A stretch of DNA of 62,210 nt, the filler included, from Choristocarpus tenellus KU-1152 (lineage: Eukaryota > Protista > Phaeophyceae), in assembly GCA_964200185.2 (NCBI GenBank). It is 8 parts of 8 records of this genome, joined end to end, with 100 filler letters (N's around TTAATTAATTAA, not from the genome) between each part and the next. Parts side by side here need not be neighbours in the genome. Positions count along the whole stretch, not along the records: positions 5,328 to 25,663 come from CAXNAD020000402.1; 7 more parts are not named here. One strand, written 5' to 3'. Shown piece after piece: positions 10,933-22,414 of this stretch (the first letter of the stretch is position 1; each line of letters begins with the position of its first letter). The notes under the pieces are model-generated. The model ran no database searches. It worked only from the letters and a program-made list of their open reading frames with translations, and was not told where the DNA came from. A program made the translations under genes and the position numbers.

Positions 10933-13900
10933 TCAAAATCGCTCATTCATGCGCCTTGATACATTGCGCATTCGATTGTACACCTTTCCTGGAGGTGCCC
11001 CCAGAATCAGTGCACAGATAGCATTACGTGCAACCTGCCCCAAACAAGACACATTTGAGAAAGTTTCAATACACAGTTGCAGCTTAGAATGAGATTGGAA
11101 ACAAAGTGGTCACAACACAGAGGACGAGGTAAGTTGGTGCTGAAGGGGGATTAAGGGCAGGGCAACATGAAGCATGAAAAGAGGTCAGGAAAAGTTAGAA
11201 AAGCTGAACCTAACCTAACCTAACACAGGAATGTAAAAACAACACAATCCAAGGGACCAAAATCCTCCTAGGAGTCAAGAGTAGGCACACGTTTTAACAA
11301 TTACATAAACCGGCTACGAGATACAAATCTATACATTGGTACAGATATCAACCTCAATTCTGAAGAAAAAAATTGCCTATCTGCTGAATGACATGAGAAA
11401 CTCCACGAGGCATTTGTAACAGAATGCTGCCCGACCTTGATGTTACTGAAAGATCCCAAAATATGCACACGCTGATCTGCCACAACAATCCGTGTTCGAG
11501 TGGCGTTCTCAATTGCATGGCGAGTCTTGCCTCGCTGCCCTGCTATACGTCCAATGGCACGGCTGTGGATCAAAAACAACAGAGGGCCAATAAGATAGTT
11601 ACAACCAATGCCACAGGGAGGAATACTAGATGGGGTGGGAGCAAGGACAAGAGTCAACATGTGTTATACAACAATCCTATCAAGGTACTTCAAAACCTTG
11701 AAGAGTAGTTAATAATAAAACAGTAATTTACAACTTGCAATTCGTACTACCTATTTGTGAAATTTGATCTTGCTCTGAAATTCCACAAGTAAACAACAGC
11801 AGTGCTGTACACCTTCGAGCATGTATGTATACTATATGAACAATCACTACACAAAACATACAGAACAACCCTACCCCTTACGAGGCAAACACCAGCACAT
11901 CAAAAAAAAACACGAGAGAGGAAAGCCAACTATTTAGAAACAAACTATCACAAGGAGAGGTAAAATATCGACAACACAAAAGACAAAACGTTCTCTAGCA
12001 AGCATAATACATACTCATGGCGTTCACATCTAGAGGAAAGCAATATAGATTCATGTAATACTTCTAAATGATACTTCCCCTGATTGTTCCACAAACAGAA
12101 TGTCAGCACTTCTATGTTTGAGAACATATTGTTGATATAGAGTAAAAAAATGGTCAGAAGACATTCTGCCACAAAAATGCCCCAAGCAGTTCATTAAGAA
12201 CACACAACATACTAGGCCACTGTAGCAATAAAGCCTACCCATTCTGATTTACAAGTATTTTACGGCTACATAAGCAACACAGACACTTGTAGGCATGCAG
12301 CCTCAGAGCAGACAAGATCAACAGGAAAAGGGAAATGGTGGGAGAGCAGTACCCTCATAGGGAAGTCGACAAGGCTATTGTCAGCATTGATTTTGACTCA
12401 GGTAGTAGATAAGTATGACCTGATTGAATCACAGGGCGCTCCCCTTCGTCCAAAACTAAATCATTGTATTACACAAGTTCATCTCTCCCACCTACGCATG
12501 CATTGGTATCAGTATCAACTGTTGTTCACAATGGAGGTATCCTTATAACCCTTGCAATCAACCAGAGAGTGCACCATCTCCCACACAAACAATAAAAACA
12601 TCTCAGAAAAGGATTTCCAACGTAAGGTATACACACATATACCAGGAAATAATTCCATCACACTCGTGAGGGTTTCCAAAAATCTAGGTATGCCCTCAAA
12701 ATATTGTCAAAAGTAACACTATCTCACGGTGGCAGAGCAGAACCCTCATAGGGAAGTCGACAAGGCTATTGTCAGCATTGATTTTGACTCAGGTAGTAGA
12801 TATATGACCTGATTGAATCACAGGGCTCTCTCCTCTTCCTAAATACAAACCATTTCAAACATGAAAACAATGAGAGGTAAAAAAGGTTGATATTACCACA
12901 GCATAGCCACAAACACATTGTGCCAGCCATAGACAGTCTCTTTCAAGGCGAGAGGGATGCTGACAACTATTCTTAACAGAAGAGTGCACAACACAAATGA
13001 AAAACAGGAAATAGTTGGCCGGAATTTTCTGCAGTAAATCCTGAGGTAAGTGATTAGAGCGTTGGAGGAAAGTCACTGATCTATTGACACCATGTCAGAT
13101 CTCTTCTCTTATAACGACATGATCCAAACCACCTCACCTAATAAACTATTAGCCATCATCACCTGAAACAAATGTATCTCCTCCACAAGTTCTCACCCAA
13201 ATTAATGTGTATATGGGAAAATACCTGACTTGAGTGCATGTCAATCTCTATCCACACTTTAATGAAGGGGATAATGCACATGCCAATAGGACTCCTAGAA
13301 ACAGGAAAATGTACTTGAAAAAAATATGGGGCACACAAATTATTCTCCTACAGAAGCAGTCAAGGTCATGTGCCGGCACTGACAAACTCAGTGGACGACA
13401 TGGCCTGGATTAATCATTAGGAGTTCAGTATCGTACACAGGAGAGTAGGCAAACATTGCCCTCATAGGGAAGTCGACAAGGTTATTGTCAGCACTGATAT
13501 GACTCAGGCAGTAGATATGTAAGACCTAATTGAATCATGGGACTTCATGTTGCCCCCTTCCCTCCTATGTACGATCAACTGGCATCTGCCTGGCATCATT
13601 TCCACACCACAACTCCTATGTAGATTTTGGTACATAAGCAAAGAAACAGAAACTACTAAGAAACAATCCACTGATAACAAGAATATCAATGCATAAATAT
13701 GTAAAGATCTGAAACAATCTAAGGTAAGTACCCATACCTCTCGAATGTTGACATAAAAATACATCCCAACAGGCTAGGACTAGTTCTGATGATTATGTTG
13801 AGAAAAATAGGGTCACGATTGAATCGCATCCAAGATAATCAACGACAATGGATGATATATTTGATTGATTTTTGCCTCATCCATGAAAGTGTTCTCCTTC

Positions 13901-16900
13901 AATTACCCTATAGACCTCAAAGCATCTGGCAGCAAGAATGCTTCCGATCTACAGACGCAAATTAAAGAAATAAGTGAATCAACTTTCATGATCATCAAAC
14001 CTTCCTATTCACAACTAAGAACTACACCCCTTACCCAGGGGAGCACAAAATCTACCATGACTTCTCACAAATTGAGATTGCACTAGAATCAGTAGTAGGT
14101 TGACACAGAAGAAGACTATCAAAACCTTATGGAAACAAGTAATGTGTAAGTACAAAGACAACAAAATCATTTCAAAAAAAGATATTTCCTCGTATCTTCC
14201 TAAAAAATGCAAAAAATGCTTATCAAGCTTTTCTTGTGATCTCAATAACAAACATTTTTTGTCAGATGTTATCTAACATCAACCTTTCTCTTGCATTTAA
14301 AAAAATCTCTACTTGAAACAACAGCGCAGTCCAGCGAATCAAATCCATAGCACCCACAAAGAAGAGAACGGAAAGGGGTGGAACATTTCATTACTCAACA
14401 TTTCACGATCTTACCAGCAGGGAAACAAAAGTGTCGAAAATTCATTTACTTGATTTGGCACTACAACAATACAGTTATCAACTTTCAAGTTCATTTAATC
14501 ACTAGATAAAAGCAGATCTAGTGGTCACAAAAAAGCAGTACCTCCAAAGCCAAAAGACATAATACTTACCTCAAATGGTCACCGGAGAGAGTCTTCACGT
14601 CATGAACTTCAAATGAATCAACGTAGAGGTCATCCAAACGTAACAATGCCACTGCATCCTGCCAAAAAAAACACAAAAAACAAAAAGAATAAAACCATGA
14701 ACAGCAACACAAATGTAACAGAAACATAAAAAATACTGCGTGGTCAGGGGTGTCACCCAACAGTCAACAAAGTATACTAAAACATCTAAATCATATCACC
14801 TCTGTTTAGAACACCACAACACTCAATGAACTTCTACCCATGCCTTTCAGAGGTGAGGCTGGCAAGGCACAAGTCATGCTACTAAAAAAGAAAAATACTG
14901 GCATACAATAAGCAAAAAGAGTCCACTACGCTTCCCACAACTAGACGTACACATACCAGCAAGTACAAATATCAGAGAGCACCTTCCTTTCCTGCCTCTG
15001 CCTCTCACAAATTTATAAAATTTCACCTGGACCTCAAATCCCAGCATGAAGGCCTGGATGAAGTCAGCTGTTTTTTGCAGTGCGGATCCATCTTCAGTGT
15101 GGACAGACGACTTCAACTCTACATTCCTTGTTTTTCGGTTAAACCTTCAATTATGGTGGGCAAAACAACACGAGTGTGAGTTCTACCTGGATTAAGTATC
15201 ACAAGCTACATGAGAGGGTGGGAGGACTAACCACCTTTTATAGACAGTGTTCTACATAGTAATTAACCCTATTGAAATTACTCAAGAACATTCTAGCTAC
15301 ATTGAATCTTATACACACTGAACTAAATGCTGCAGTGCATGGGGAATATCCCATCTTTGAGAGCCTCCACTGCCCTTGGGGAACACTCTTCACACTTTTT
15401 GAGAATCTCACTCCAACCCTAACTAACCCTAACCTGTGCTTATTAATTGAAGCTAACAAGTGACAGTGAGGGTTCCCCAGGCACAATGAGATCTCCACTG
15501 TGCACTCCACCACTTTCTGACCAAAGTTGAGATTGGATCATACCATTGTTCAAATGTGTGTTACGTCAAACACCAATTTAGACAATAATATACTCCCCAT
15601 GAAAAAAGGTCATCCTCTCACCTCATCAGCAACCAGTAAATAACAAAAAATGACCACTCACCCAGGCATGGAGCAATAGCAGTGCAGCCAAAAGCATAGT
15701 AAGTCATACTGACACTTTGGGGCAACTGAATCACCAGTCAAAATTTTACCTAAAGATTCAAAAAAGACAAAAAAAAAAAGGTGATACAGGAACTACCCTA
15801 TCTCTTAGGGATACAGCATCAAAACAGAAATTATCAAAAAAGAAATCTCTACTGTGTAGCACATCAAGTCTTGTAATCAAAGAGATTATCTGGACCACAC
15901 ACGTTCAAAGGATACATTTTCAATTACAATTGTCCTTTCCAAAGACAAAGTTCACACTCAGAAACTACTATACCCTAGGACTCACACTCTACCTGATCTG
16001 CAGTTTCATGTGCTCTACAGTTGGGGTGACAAGGTTCTCCCAGTTAAGGCGAAGTGGTGTAAGGCGATGCGGTGGACATCGAATGCGCCGGAAATCGTCC
16101 TTGCCCCCCTGTCACAGTTCAATATAGAAGCATTCATGAGCGTTGGCGAGTAGACATGTGCTTCACAATCAGTTTTTAATCAACCACAATCTATTAATCC
16201 AAAACATCCATGTATGAACCATTGCCAGAATCTAAGAGGACCAAACCTAGCAAGGAATATTTCTGTAAAATCATTGATGTCGCTGCCACCCATTCAGTAA
16301 AAAATTGAACAGAAGACTTGGGTAGAACATTGAACTCAGCAATCAGCTACCAATTATAACCCTACCATACTCAATGATATAAAACAAGTACGCAATGGCA
16401 CAAAGACTATCACTTTCAACATTTTCTCATTAAGCTCCTTTCTTTCACTGCCACACCAGGAATCAACAAGTGCCTCGATACTCTAATATCACCAAGGACA
16501 TGTTCACCTTCAAAACCCTCCACGTTTTACTCTCCAACCAGCTAAAGTTCAGTAAAACTTCAAGCCCACAACCTCCATGAATTATCCCCTTTAAGTCAAC
16601 TTTTTTTCAATGCAAAACAAGCAATTAAGAAACACCATGAATACTGCTATACACCTGCATGATGCCATTTTTTTAGACAATGATGTAAATTTGGATAATA
16701 AATGTGAATCAATGCATGTCATGAGTTGAACACTTTGTACAAGAACACCGTATGTCAAGTCCTGTACAGCAATCTATGTTTAAAGACTCAAAGCACAGCA
16801 AATAAGGAATGAGGACACAGTTCACTCTCATTTAAAGTTTCAACTCTCAACAAGGGAAAACCATTACAGTCTTCAAGATAAACCCCCTACATGACTTCCA

Positions 16901-17230
16901 TAGAATAGACGATCGCAGCTACACATGGTTCAGTGGAATTACACTTCCTCCACTCTGAAGTGAAATATTTTTCACCTGCATCTCCCGTGCGCTCAATGCA
17001 GGAAAATTACGCCTAGCCTTGCCAGCTCGTGATCTCTTCCTCCCAGTTGAACGCCCCTTACCCTTAATCGAGGCTGCCGCTCCTGCTGCCTCAGAGTCAG
17101 ACCCCTCATCCATTGCTCTTGCAGCAGCAACAGCTGCCAAACCCTCTGCCTCACCCCCTGCTTCGGCATCTAGCTCCTGCTCCCCAACCTTCAAGACCTT
17201 TTTCAGTATAACAGTTAACCTAATTAGCAT
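10933..17230 (-). CDS. PNO1: Pre-rRNA-processing KH-domain protein PNO1/DIM2; exons ~17190/17230-16976, 16108-15993, 15144-15027, 14658-14570, 11562-11436, 11034-10933 (possible micro-exon 1 at 18354-18337, MAAEEG)
   Basis: Phase-consistent splicing gives ...[10 protein letters not shown]|[39 protein letters not shown]|[11 protein letters not shown]...[19 protein letters not shown]|[30 protein letters not shown]|[42 protein letters not shown]|[33 protein letters not shown], the hallmark PNO1 sequence. The start codon is uncertain. Confidence 0.95.
12351..12437 (-). ncRNA. Intronic box C/D snoRNA, copy 1 (predicted LSU rRNA 2'-O-methylation guide)
   Basis: Minus strand: gccc-u-GUGAUU...CUGA (D')...AUGCUGA (C')...UUGUCGACUUCCCU-AUGA (D)-gggu. 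It has a terminal stem and lies on the same strand as the host PNO1. The guide is complementary to the conserved LSU sequence AGGGAAGUCGGCAA. Confidence 0.8.
12742..12826 (-). ncRNA. Intronic box C/D snoRNA, copy 2
   Basis: Nearly identical to copy 1, with all boxes and the guide conserved. Confidence 0.8.
13458..13541 (-). ncRNA. Intronic box C/D snoRNA, copy 3 (more diverged)
   Basis: Box C AUGAUU, D' CUGA, C' GUGCUGA, D AUGA and the 14-nt guide are all conserved while spacers and flanks differ. Confidence 0.78.
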
Positions 17231-18108
17231 GAGTCTAAGTCATTCAACACCTTTACATGGTATTCGCCATCATGAACCTCAACAGGCATAGTCTTCTTCT
17301 AACAAAGGAGTGACATTATGGATTTAGAAAAAGCCCGTGAAGAGGACTACCCCCTTTACTCAACAATCTTGACTCATGCAACTATCATTCGGAATTTAGT
17401 TGGAGGCAGCAGAGCTGTACTTCTGTCATTTAAGGTGGATGTTTTCCTTCAGATAGGTAAAAAAAAGTATTCTTTATACAAAAATACAAGGGTTTCAGTT
17501 TCAAGCATAAAGGGAAAATGTGTGAGATTCACCCCCTCCTGTTCAGTACCATCCAGTTCATAATTCCATCAACAATGTACCATCAACATCATCTATATAC
17601 ATACAACTGCTGCTCAATATACACAAAATATAAGAAAAGGGCTGATTGGATAAAGCAGCACCATCTAATTGGTATTGTCTAGTGAAGCAGAATTTAGATA
17701 AAACAGCAGCAATCTAGAGAGGTAAAAAACAGGGTACAATTCTCAATGAGAAAAATTTCTGACAATGGTGATTCGGCTAGTGATTAAAAGCAATCAATTC
17801 ACCAAAAGAATCATGTCCTTAAGTCAGACTCTGCTGTTTACAGCATCCAAAAAGTACATAAATCAACAGTTACAACAGGATTAAATTCGCACATTCACAG
17901 AGGAAAAAAAAATCATGGATACCTCACATACAGACATGGAAGGCCTGGATTGTGCTTGGCTGAATTTAATTTAACATTAGCTAGCACAAGGTAGAAAATA
18001 ATAAATGCATGTTTGGGAATACAGAGACACTTTCTCACCCATCCACATATCTCATGCCCTCATATGCACCACTCGGTTAAGGTGGGAGCTTGAAAATATT
18101 ATTCTTAA

Positions 18109-18285
18109 GGTTCTAAGTGTCTGGGGGGGGATCTACACCAGGTTATTCAATCGGGCCCTAACCAGGAGAACCGCACTTACGTTATCCAGCCGACCCATCC
18201 AACCAATGTCACCCAAAAATCATCACATGGAAAAATGTACCCCGAATGGACAGTCACCACACACACACCCTAGACACTTTGGGTC
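18109..18285. mobile_element. 177-bp MITE (homolog of 7421-7599, opposite orientation); 3-bp TSD TAA
   Basis: Ends ggttctaagtgtctggggg / ccctagacactttgggtc, with TAA on both flanks. The internal sequence (tctacaccagg...tcgggccct...cgttatc...acatggaaaaatg) aligns to the reverse complement of 7421-7599. Confidence 0.75.
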
Positions 18286-19348
18286 TAAATGGACCACTGG
18301 AACAATCAAACGCACCTCTGAAGCCTTAAACACGACCCCCTCCTCGGCAGCCATTATTTTGTGTAGTTGTGAGATGTCGACTTTCCTGTCTGGATATCAG
18401 CGAGCCACAGATGTTACAGGCCGCTTACAGTACTGAGGGTGCACTGCTTGACACCCTTCGCAGGTTCCAAGCTGTTTTTTGCTATTGACTCGACCTTTTC
18501 CCATGAAAAATTTACAACAAGTGAAATGCATGCTGGTCAGCAGAGAGTGTGGGGCAAATGTATAGATGCGCCACTGAAGGGGCTGGTCACCTGAGGAGGA
18601 CATGGAGTCCATGCTTGCTAGATTTCGGAAAGGTGAGTCAACATATTAACAAGGAAAGACGTCTCAACATTGCTTGGGCAAAGTATAGAGTGTAAAGGAA
18701 AGAGTAAAGTTTAAGGTCTCACTGAGAACAATCATCATTGAGACAAAGGTAAGATCTTCAAATGGTTCGCCACCGAACAAGGGGGGGCATATACCAGGAT
18801 ACAAGGAATCTTGCGTCGCCATTTGGATAGAGAACCTTCTAACCTTGAACAACAGTGGAGTATCAAGGGAACATTTGGCAATACTTTTTGAACCAGTCTT
18901 GAAATCAGCAAGCATACGCTTTCCGCACGGAGACTACCTCAACTGCGTAAGGTGACACTGCACAATGTGGTTGATAGAGCATGTAAAGTAGAGAGATGGG
19001 TGAGTCAATGCTACAGATTGGAAGTAATCAGAGAAGTCGAAGTTGGTGCATTTGTGTCGTCGCTGGCAAACCAACACGTTCCCCCTCCCTCCCATTATGC
19101 TGATGATCTATCAATCTCGATGGAGAAAAATTGACCCCTTTCACATTGAACTCACACTGAAGAAGGGGTTGTTTGAGGTCTTGTGAGTCAGAGGTAAATA
19201 GTGTGAGCTCACAAGGAGTGGTAGGGTGGGTGATTTTTGAAAAATATTATGTGGGTGGTTGAGGTGGGAGTAGAGTTTAGGGTTAGGGCTACTGAGGAGA
19301 TGGTTCGAAAGAGGATGTTGAGGTTGAACAATCTGCGAAGAAGGCACC

Positions 19349-22300
19349 ATGTCAACCCATGGCTGGCGGCATCCTACCGTGGGCTGTGGGGGAGAGAGCA
19401 TGCGGAGCGCTTTCGTCCCTTCCCCAAATCTTCAAGGGGACTTGCGATATGTCTTGCGCAGTGAGAGGCGTCAGGTGGAATGTGAGGGCCGTGGTTACCG
19501 CACCAGTACTTCAATCTCTACACCAACAATACTAGAGGTGGAGCAAAGAGGGGAGACAAAACCGCGAGAAAGAAGAAGCCAAATAGCTTTACCTCGAGGT
19601 GGAGAAGGGGTACGTAATGCTTATGGCGAGGGAGGTCCGAATGATGATAAGGATAAAACTCTGTTGTTGTCATCCACAAGAACTCCCAAAGTCTCAAACA
19701 CAGAGCTCAACGATTTTGTGACATATGCACAGGGGTTAGGGGTGGAGCGGAACTGGCGAGGGGTGCTTATGGCTATGGATGCTAATCGGGCCAAGGGCTT
19801 GAAGATGAATATCTCAGTCTACAACACCTGCATATCAGTCGTTGGAAGTTGTGGGAGGTGGGAGGAATGCTTGAAACTACTCTGTGACATGAGAGCAGAA
19901 GGTATAGCCCCCACTATCGTCAGTTACAGCGCAGCGATCAAGGCCTGCCGCAGGGGAGGCGAATGGCGAAAAGCTGTGGAACTCATCGGTGATATGCGTG
20001 CTAACGGAGTGACCCCCAGAGTCTGTAACTATTCCTCTGTAATCGCAGCCTGTGCGGACGTGGGCCAGTGGGAGCGCGCATTGAGTCTCCTGGACGAGAT
20101 GCATCGGGCCCACTGTGCCCCCGATATTGACACGTACAATGCTGTCATAAGGGCCTGCGGAAGAGGGGGGCAACTAAATCAAGTTCACTCTTTGCTTGAT
20201 GACTTGTTGAGGGAAAAGCTGACTCCAACGACGACAACCTTCGCCGAGGCGATGAGAGCATGTTGTCCAGACGGGAAGTGGAAGGAGGCGCTGTCATTTC
20301 TTCAAGGAATGAAAGAGCATGGCCTTGAGGCAGATGTATACAACTACAGCTCTGTCATCAAGGCGTGCGGAAACGGGGGTCAGTGGAGGAATGCGTTATC
20401 CCTATTGGAGGAGATGAAGGCTGCAAAAATATGGCCAAACGTTATAGTGTATACAACAGCAATTGCTGCTTGTGGGGATGCGGGGGAGTGGGAAGCAGCC
20501 GTGTCCTTGCTAAAGGAAATGAAGGCTGCAGGCTTTGAAGCTACTGTCGTCACCTTCAATGCAGCAATCAAAGCCAAGGGTGAAGTTAGCCAGGTAATGC
20601 GCATCAAATCCCTGACAGAGCATATGCGTAACTCTGGTGTAGCCCTCAACTGCGCGGGGTATAAAACCTTGATCTCCGCTTGCTGCAAGGCCAGAGATTG
20701 GCAACAGGCCTTGGCTCTAATGGATGATATGCAAGGAGAGGGACGTTGCAGCCCAGATGCAGACACCTACAAAATGATCATGATAGCCAATAGCAAAGAG
20801 GGGCATTGGGAGCGTGCTCTTGCAATGTTTGGGGAGATGCGTGCTGTAGGCAATGGTATCCACCCCAGCTTATCATCCTATAATGTGGCCTTGAGGGTAT
20901 GTGCAAAGGCTGGACAATGGAGAGAAGCAGTATTGCTGTTGGGGGAGATGCAGAGGCAAGGTGGTAGGATAGACCCTGATACAGGCAGCTACAACTCAGC
21001 TATCTTGGCTTGCACAGCCGCAAGGAAGTGGAAGCAGGCCCTCTCTCTTCTGCATGAAATGAAGAAGGCGGGCATTACCCCAAGTGAGGGAACTTTGAAC
21101 TCAGTTTTGGGTGTAGCTGCAATGGCAGGTTGTCTAGGAGATGCCCTTCCCATACTCTTTGAAATGGCAGAGGTTTATCCTGAGCTAGGTGAGGTTGTCT
21201 ACACTGCAGCCATCACAGCTTCGTCCAAGTGGGGGCAGTGGGGGAGGGTGATTCCTCTACTGAAGGAAATGCAGGCCGCAGGGATAAAGCCCAACACTTT
21301 CATTTTTACAGTCGGCGTTAGGGCCTATGGCAAGCTGGGGCTCTGGACTGAGGCTGTGGGTCTCCTAACAAAGATGAAATCAGAGGGTGTGAAACCTGAC
21401 AGTTACACATACCAGGCAGCAATTACAGTGTGCACAATGAATGGCAAGGGGGTGCGTCAAAAGTGGGAGTGTGCCACTGCCTTGATGAAGGAGATGAAAG
21501 AGAGAGGGATAGTGCCAACACTTCTCTGCTACAACTCACTCATCAAGGCCTGTGGGAAGATGGGACAGTGGGCCCAGGCACTTTTGGTGCTGGACGAGAT
21601 GCGGACAGGGGGGGTCCCTCCAGAGGAATCCACGTATGTGCACGCTATCATGGCATGCAGTACTGCAAAACGTTGGAAAGAGGCACTTTCACTCCTTGAT
21701 AAAATGAAGGCCACCGGTGTCCCACCAGGATTGGCCAGTTTCAATGCTGGCATCATGGCATGCGCGAACACAGGGCAGTGGAAAATGGCCTTGTCTATGC
21801 TGGGAAAGATGGACAAGGAGGGTGTTTCACCAGATGTTGTGGTTTGCAATTCAGTCATATCCGCATGTGCCTCTGCAGGTGAATGGAGACAAGCGGTGTT
21901 GCTCTTGAAGAACATGCGGAGGCTGGGGGTGCCACCAAACACTGTTTCTTTCACCTCGGCAATTGTGGCTTGTGGCAACGAAGGCCAGTGGGAGAAAGCT
22001 TTGTCACTGCTGGAAAACATGCAGAGGGAGGGTATGGCCCCCAACATCACCCATTTTAATGCAGCCATCACAGCTTGCAACAGGTCTTGTACCTGGAACG
22101 GAGCTCTTCAGCTGATGGATGCAATGCGGGTGAGCAATGTCAAGCCCAATGAAATCAGCTACATGCAAGTGATCAAGGCATGCATAAAGGGAGGCTGGCC
22201 ATGTCAGGCGAAATCCTTTTTGATGGAGATGAAATTGCGTGGGATTGTTCCCAATGCTGTGGGGAAAATGATCATATCCAGTGCGCTCAATAGCAGTCAC

Positions 22301-22414
22301 TCTGGTAGGAATGTGAATCGCAGTGGGGCAGCAGGAGAGGAATGGGTCACCCTAATCAAGCTTATAGATGAGATATTCAAGGAATCAGTGAAGACAGAGG
22401 GGGGGCAGGGCTGA
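19349..22414 (+). CDS. P-class pentatricopeptide repeat protein, ~23-24 tandem PPR motifs, no E/DYW or SMR domain
   Basis: Uninterrupted 1021-aa ORF with repeated ~35-aa units of the type xxxYNxxIxACxxxGxWxxALxLLxEMxxxGxxP from about aa 152 to aa 975. Confidence 0.95.
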   Translation: MSTHGWRHPTVGCGGESMRSAFVPSPNLQGDLRYVLRSERRQVECEGRGYRTSTSISTPTILEVEQRGETKPRERRSQIALPRGGEGVRNAYGEGGPNDDKDKTLLLSSTRTPKVSNTELNDFVTYAQGLGVERNWRGVLMAMDANRAKGLKMNISVYNTCISVVGSCGRWEECLKLLCDMRAEGIAPTIVSYSAAIKACRRGGEWRKAVELIGDMRANGVTPRVCNYSSVIAACADVGQWERALSLLDEMHRAHCAPDIDTYNAVIRACGRGGQLNQVHSLLDDLLREKLTPTTTTFAEAMRACCPDGKWKEALSFLQGMKEHGLEADVYNYSSVIKACGNGGQWRNALSLLEEMKAAKIWPNVIVYTTAIAACGDAGEWEAAVSLLKEMKAAGFEATVVTFNAAIKAKGEVSQVMRIKSLTEHMRNSGVALNCAGYKTLISACCKARDWQQALALMDDMQGEGRCSPDADTYKMIMIANSKEGHWERALAMFGEMRAVGNGIHPSLSSYNVALRVCAKAGQWREAVLLLGEMQRQGGRIDPDTGSYNSAILACTAARKWKQALSLLHEMKKAGITPSEGTLNSVLGVAAMAGCLGDALPILFEMAEVYPELGEVVYTAAITASSKWGQWGRVIPLLKEMQAAGIKPNTFIFTVGVRAYGKLGLWTEAVGLLTKMKSEGVKPDSYTYQAAITVCTMNGKGVRQKWECATALMKEMKERGIVPTLLCYNSLIKACGKMGQWAQALLVLDEMRTGGVPPEESTYVHAIMACSTAKRWKEALSLLDKMKATGVPPGLASFNAGIMACANTGQWKMALSMLGKMDKEGVSPDVVVCNSVISACASAGEWRQAVLLLKNMRRLGVPPNTVSFTSAIVACGNEGQWEKALSLLENMQREGMAPNITHFNAAITACNRSCTWNGALQLMDAMRVSNVKPNEISYMQVIKACIKGGWPCQAKSFLMEMKLRGIVPNAVGKMIISSALNSSHSGRNVNRSGAAGEEWVTLIKLIDEIFKESVKTEGGQG

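Noticed and set aside
12351-13541. The three repeats as a CRISPR array or SINE family
   Set aside because: Eukaryotic intron; units are ~85 nt with irregular 300-630 bp spacing and no TSDs or A-tails. The conservation pattern fits C/D boxes plus a guide.
19877-22300. Antisense and alternative-frame ORFs of 63-183 aa
   Set aside because: Shadows of the PPR coding sequence with no independent motifs.
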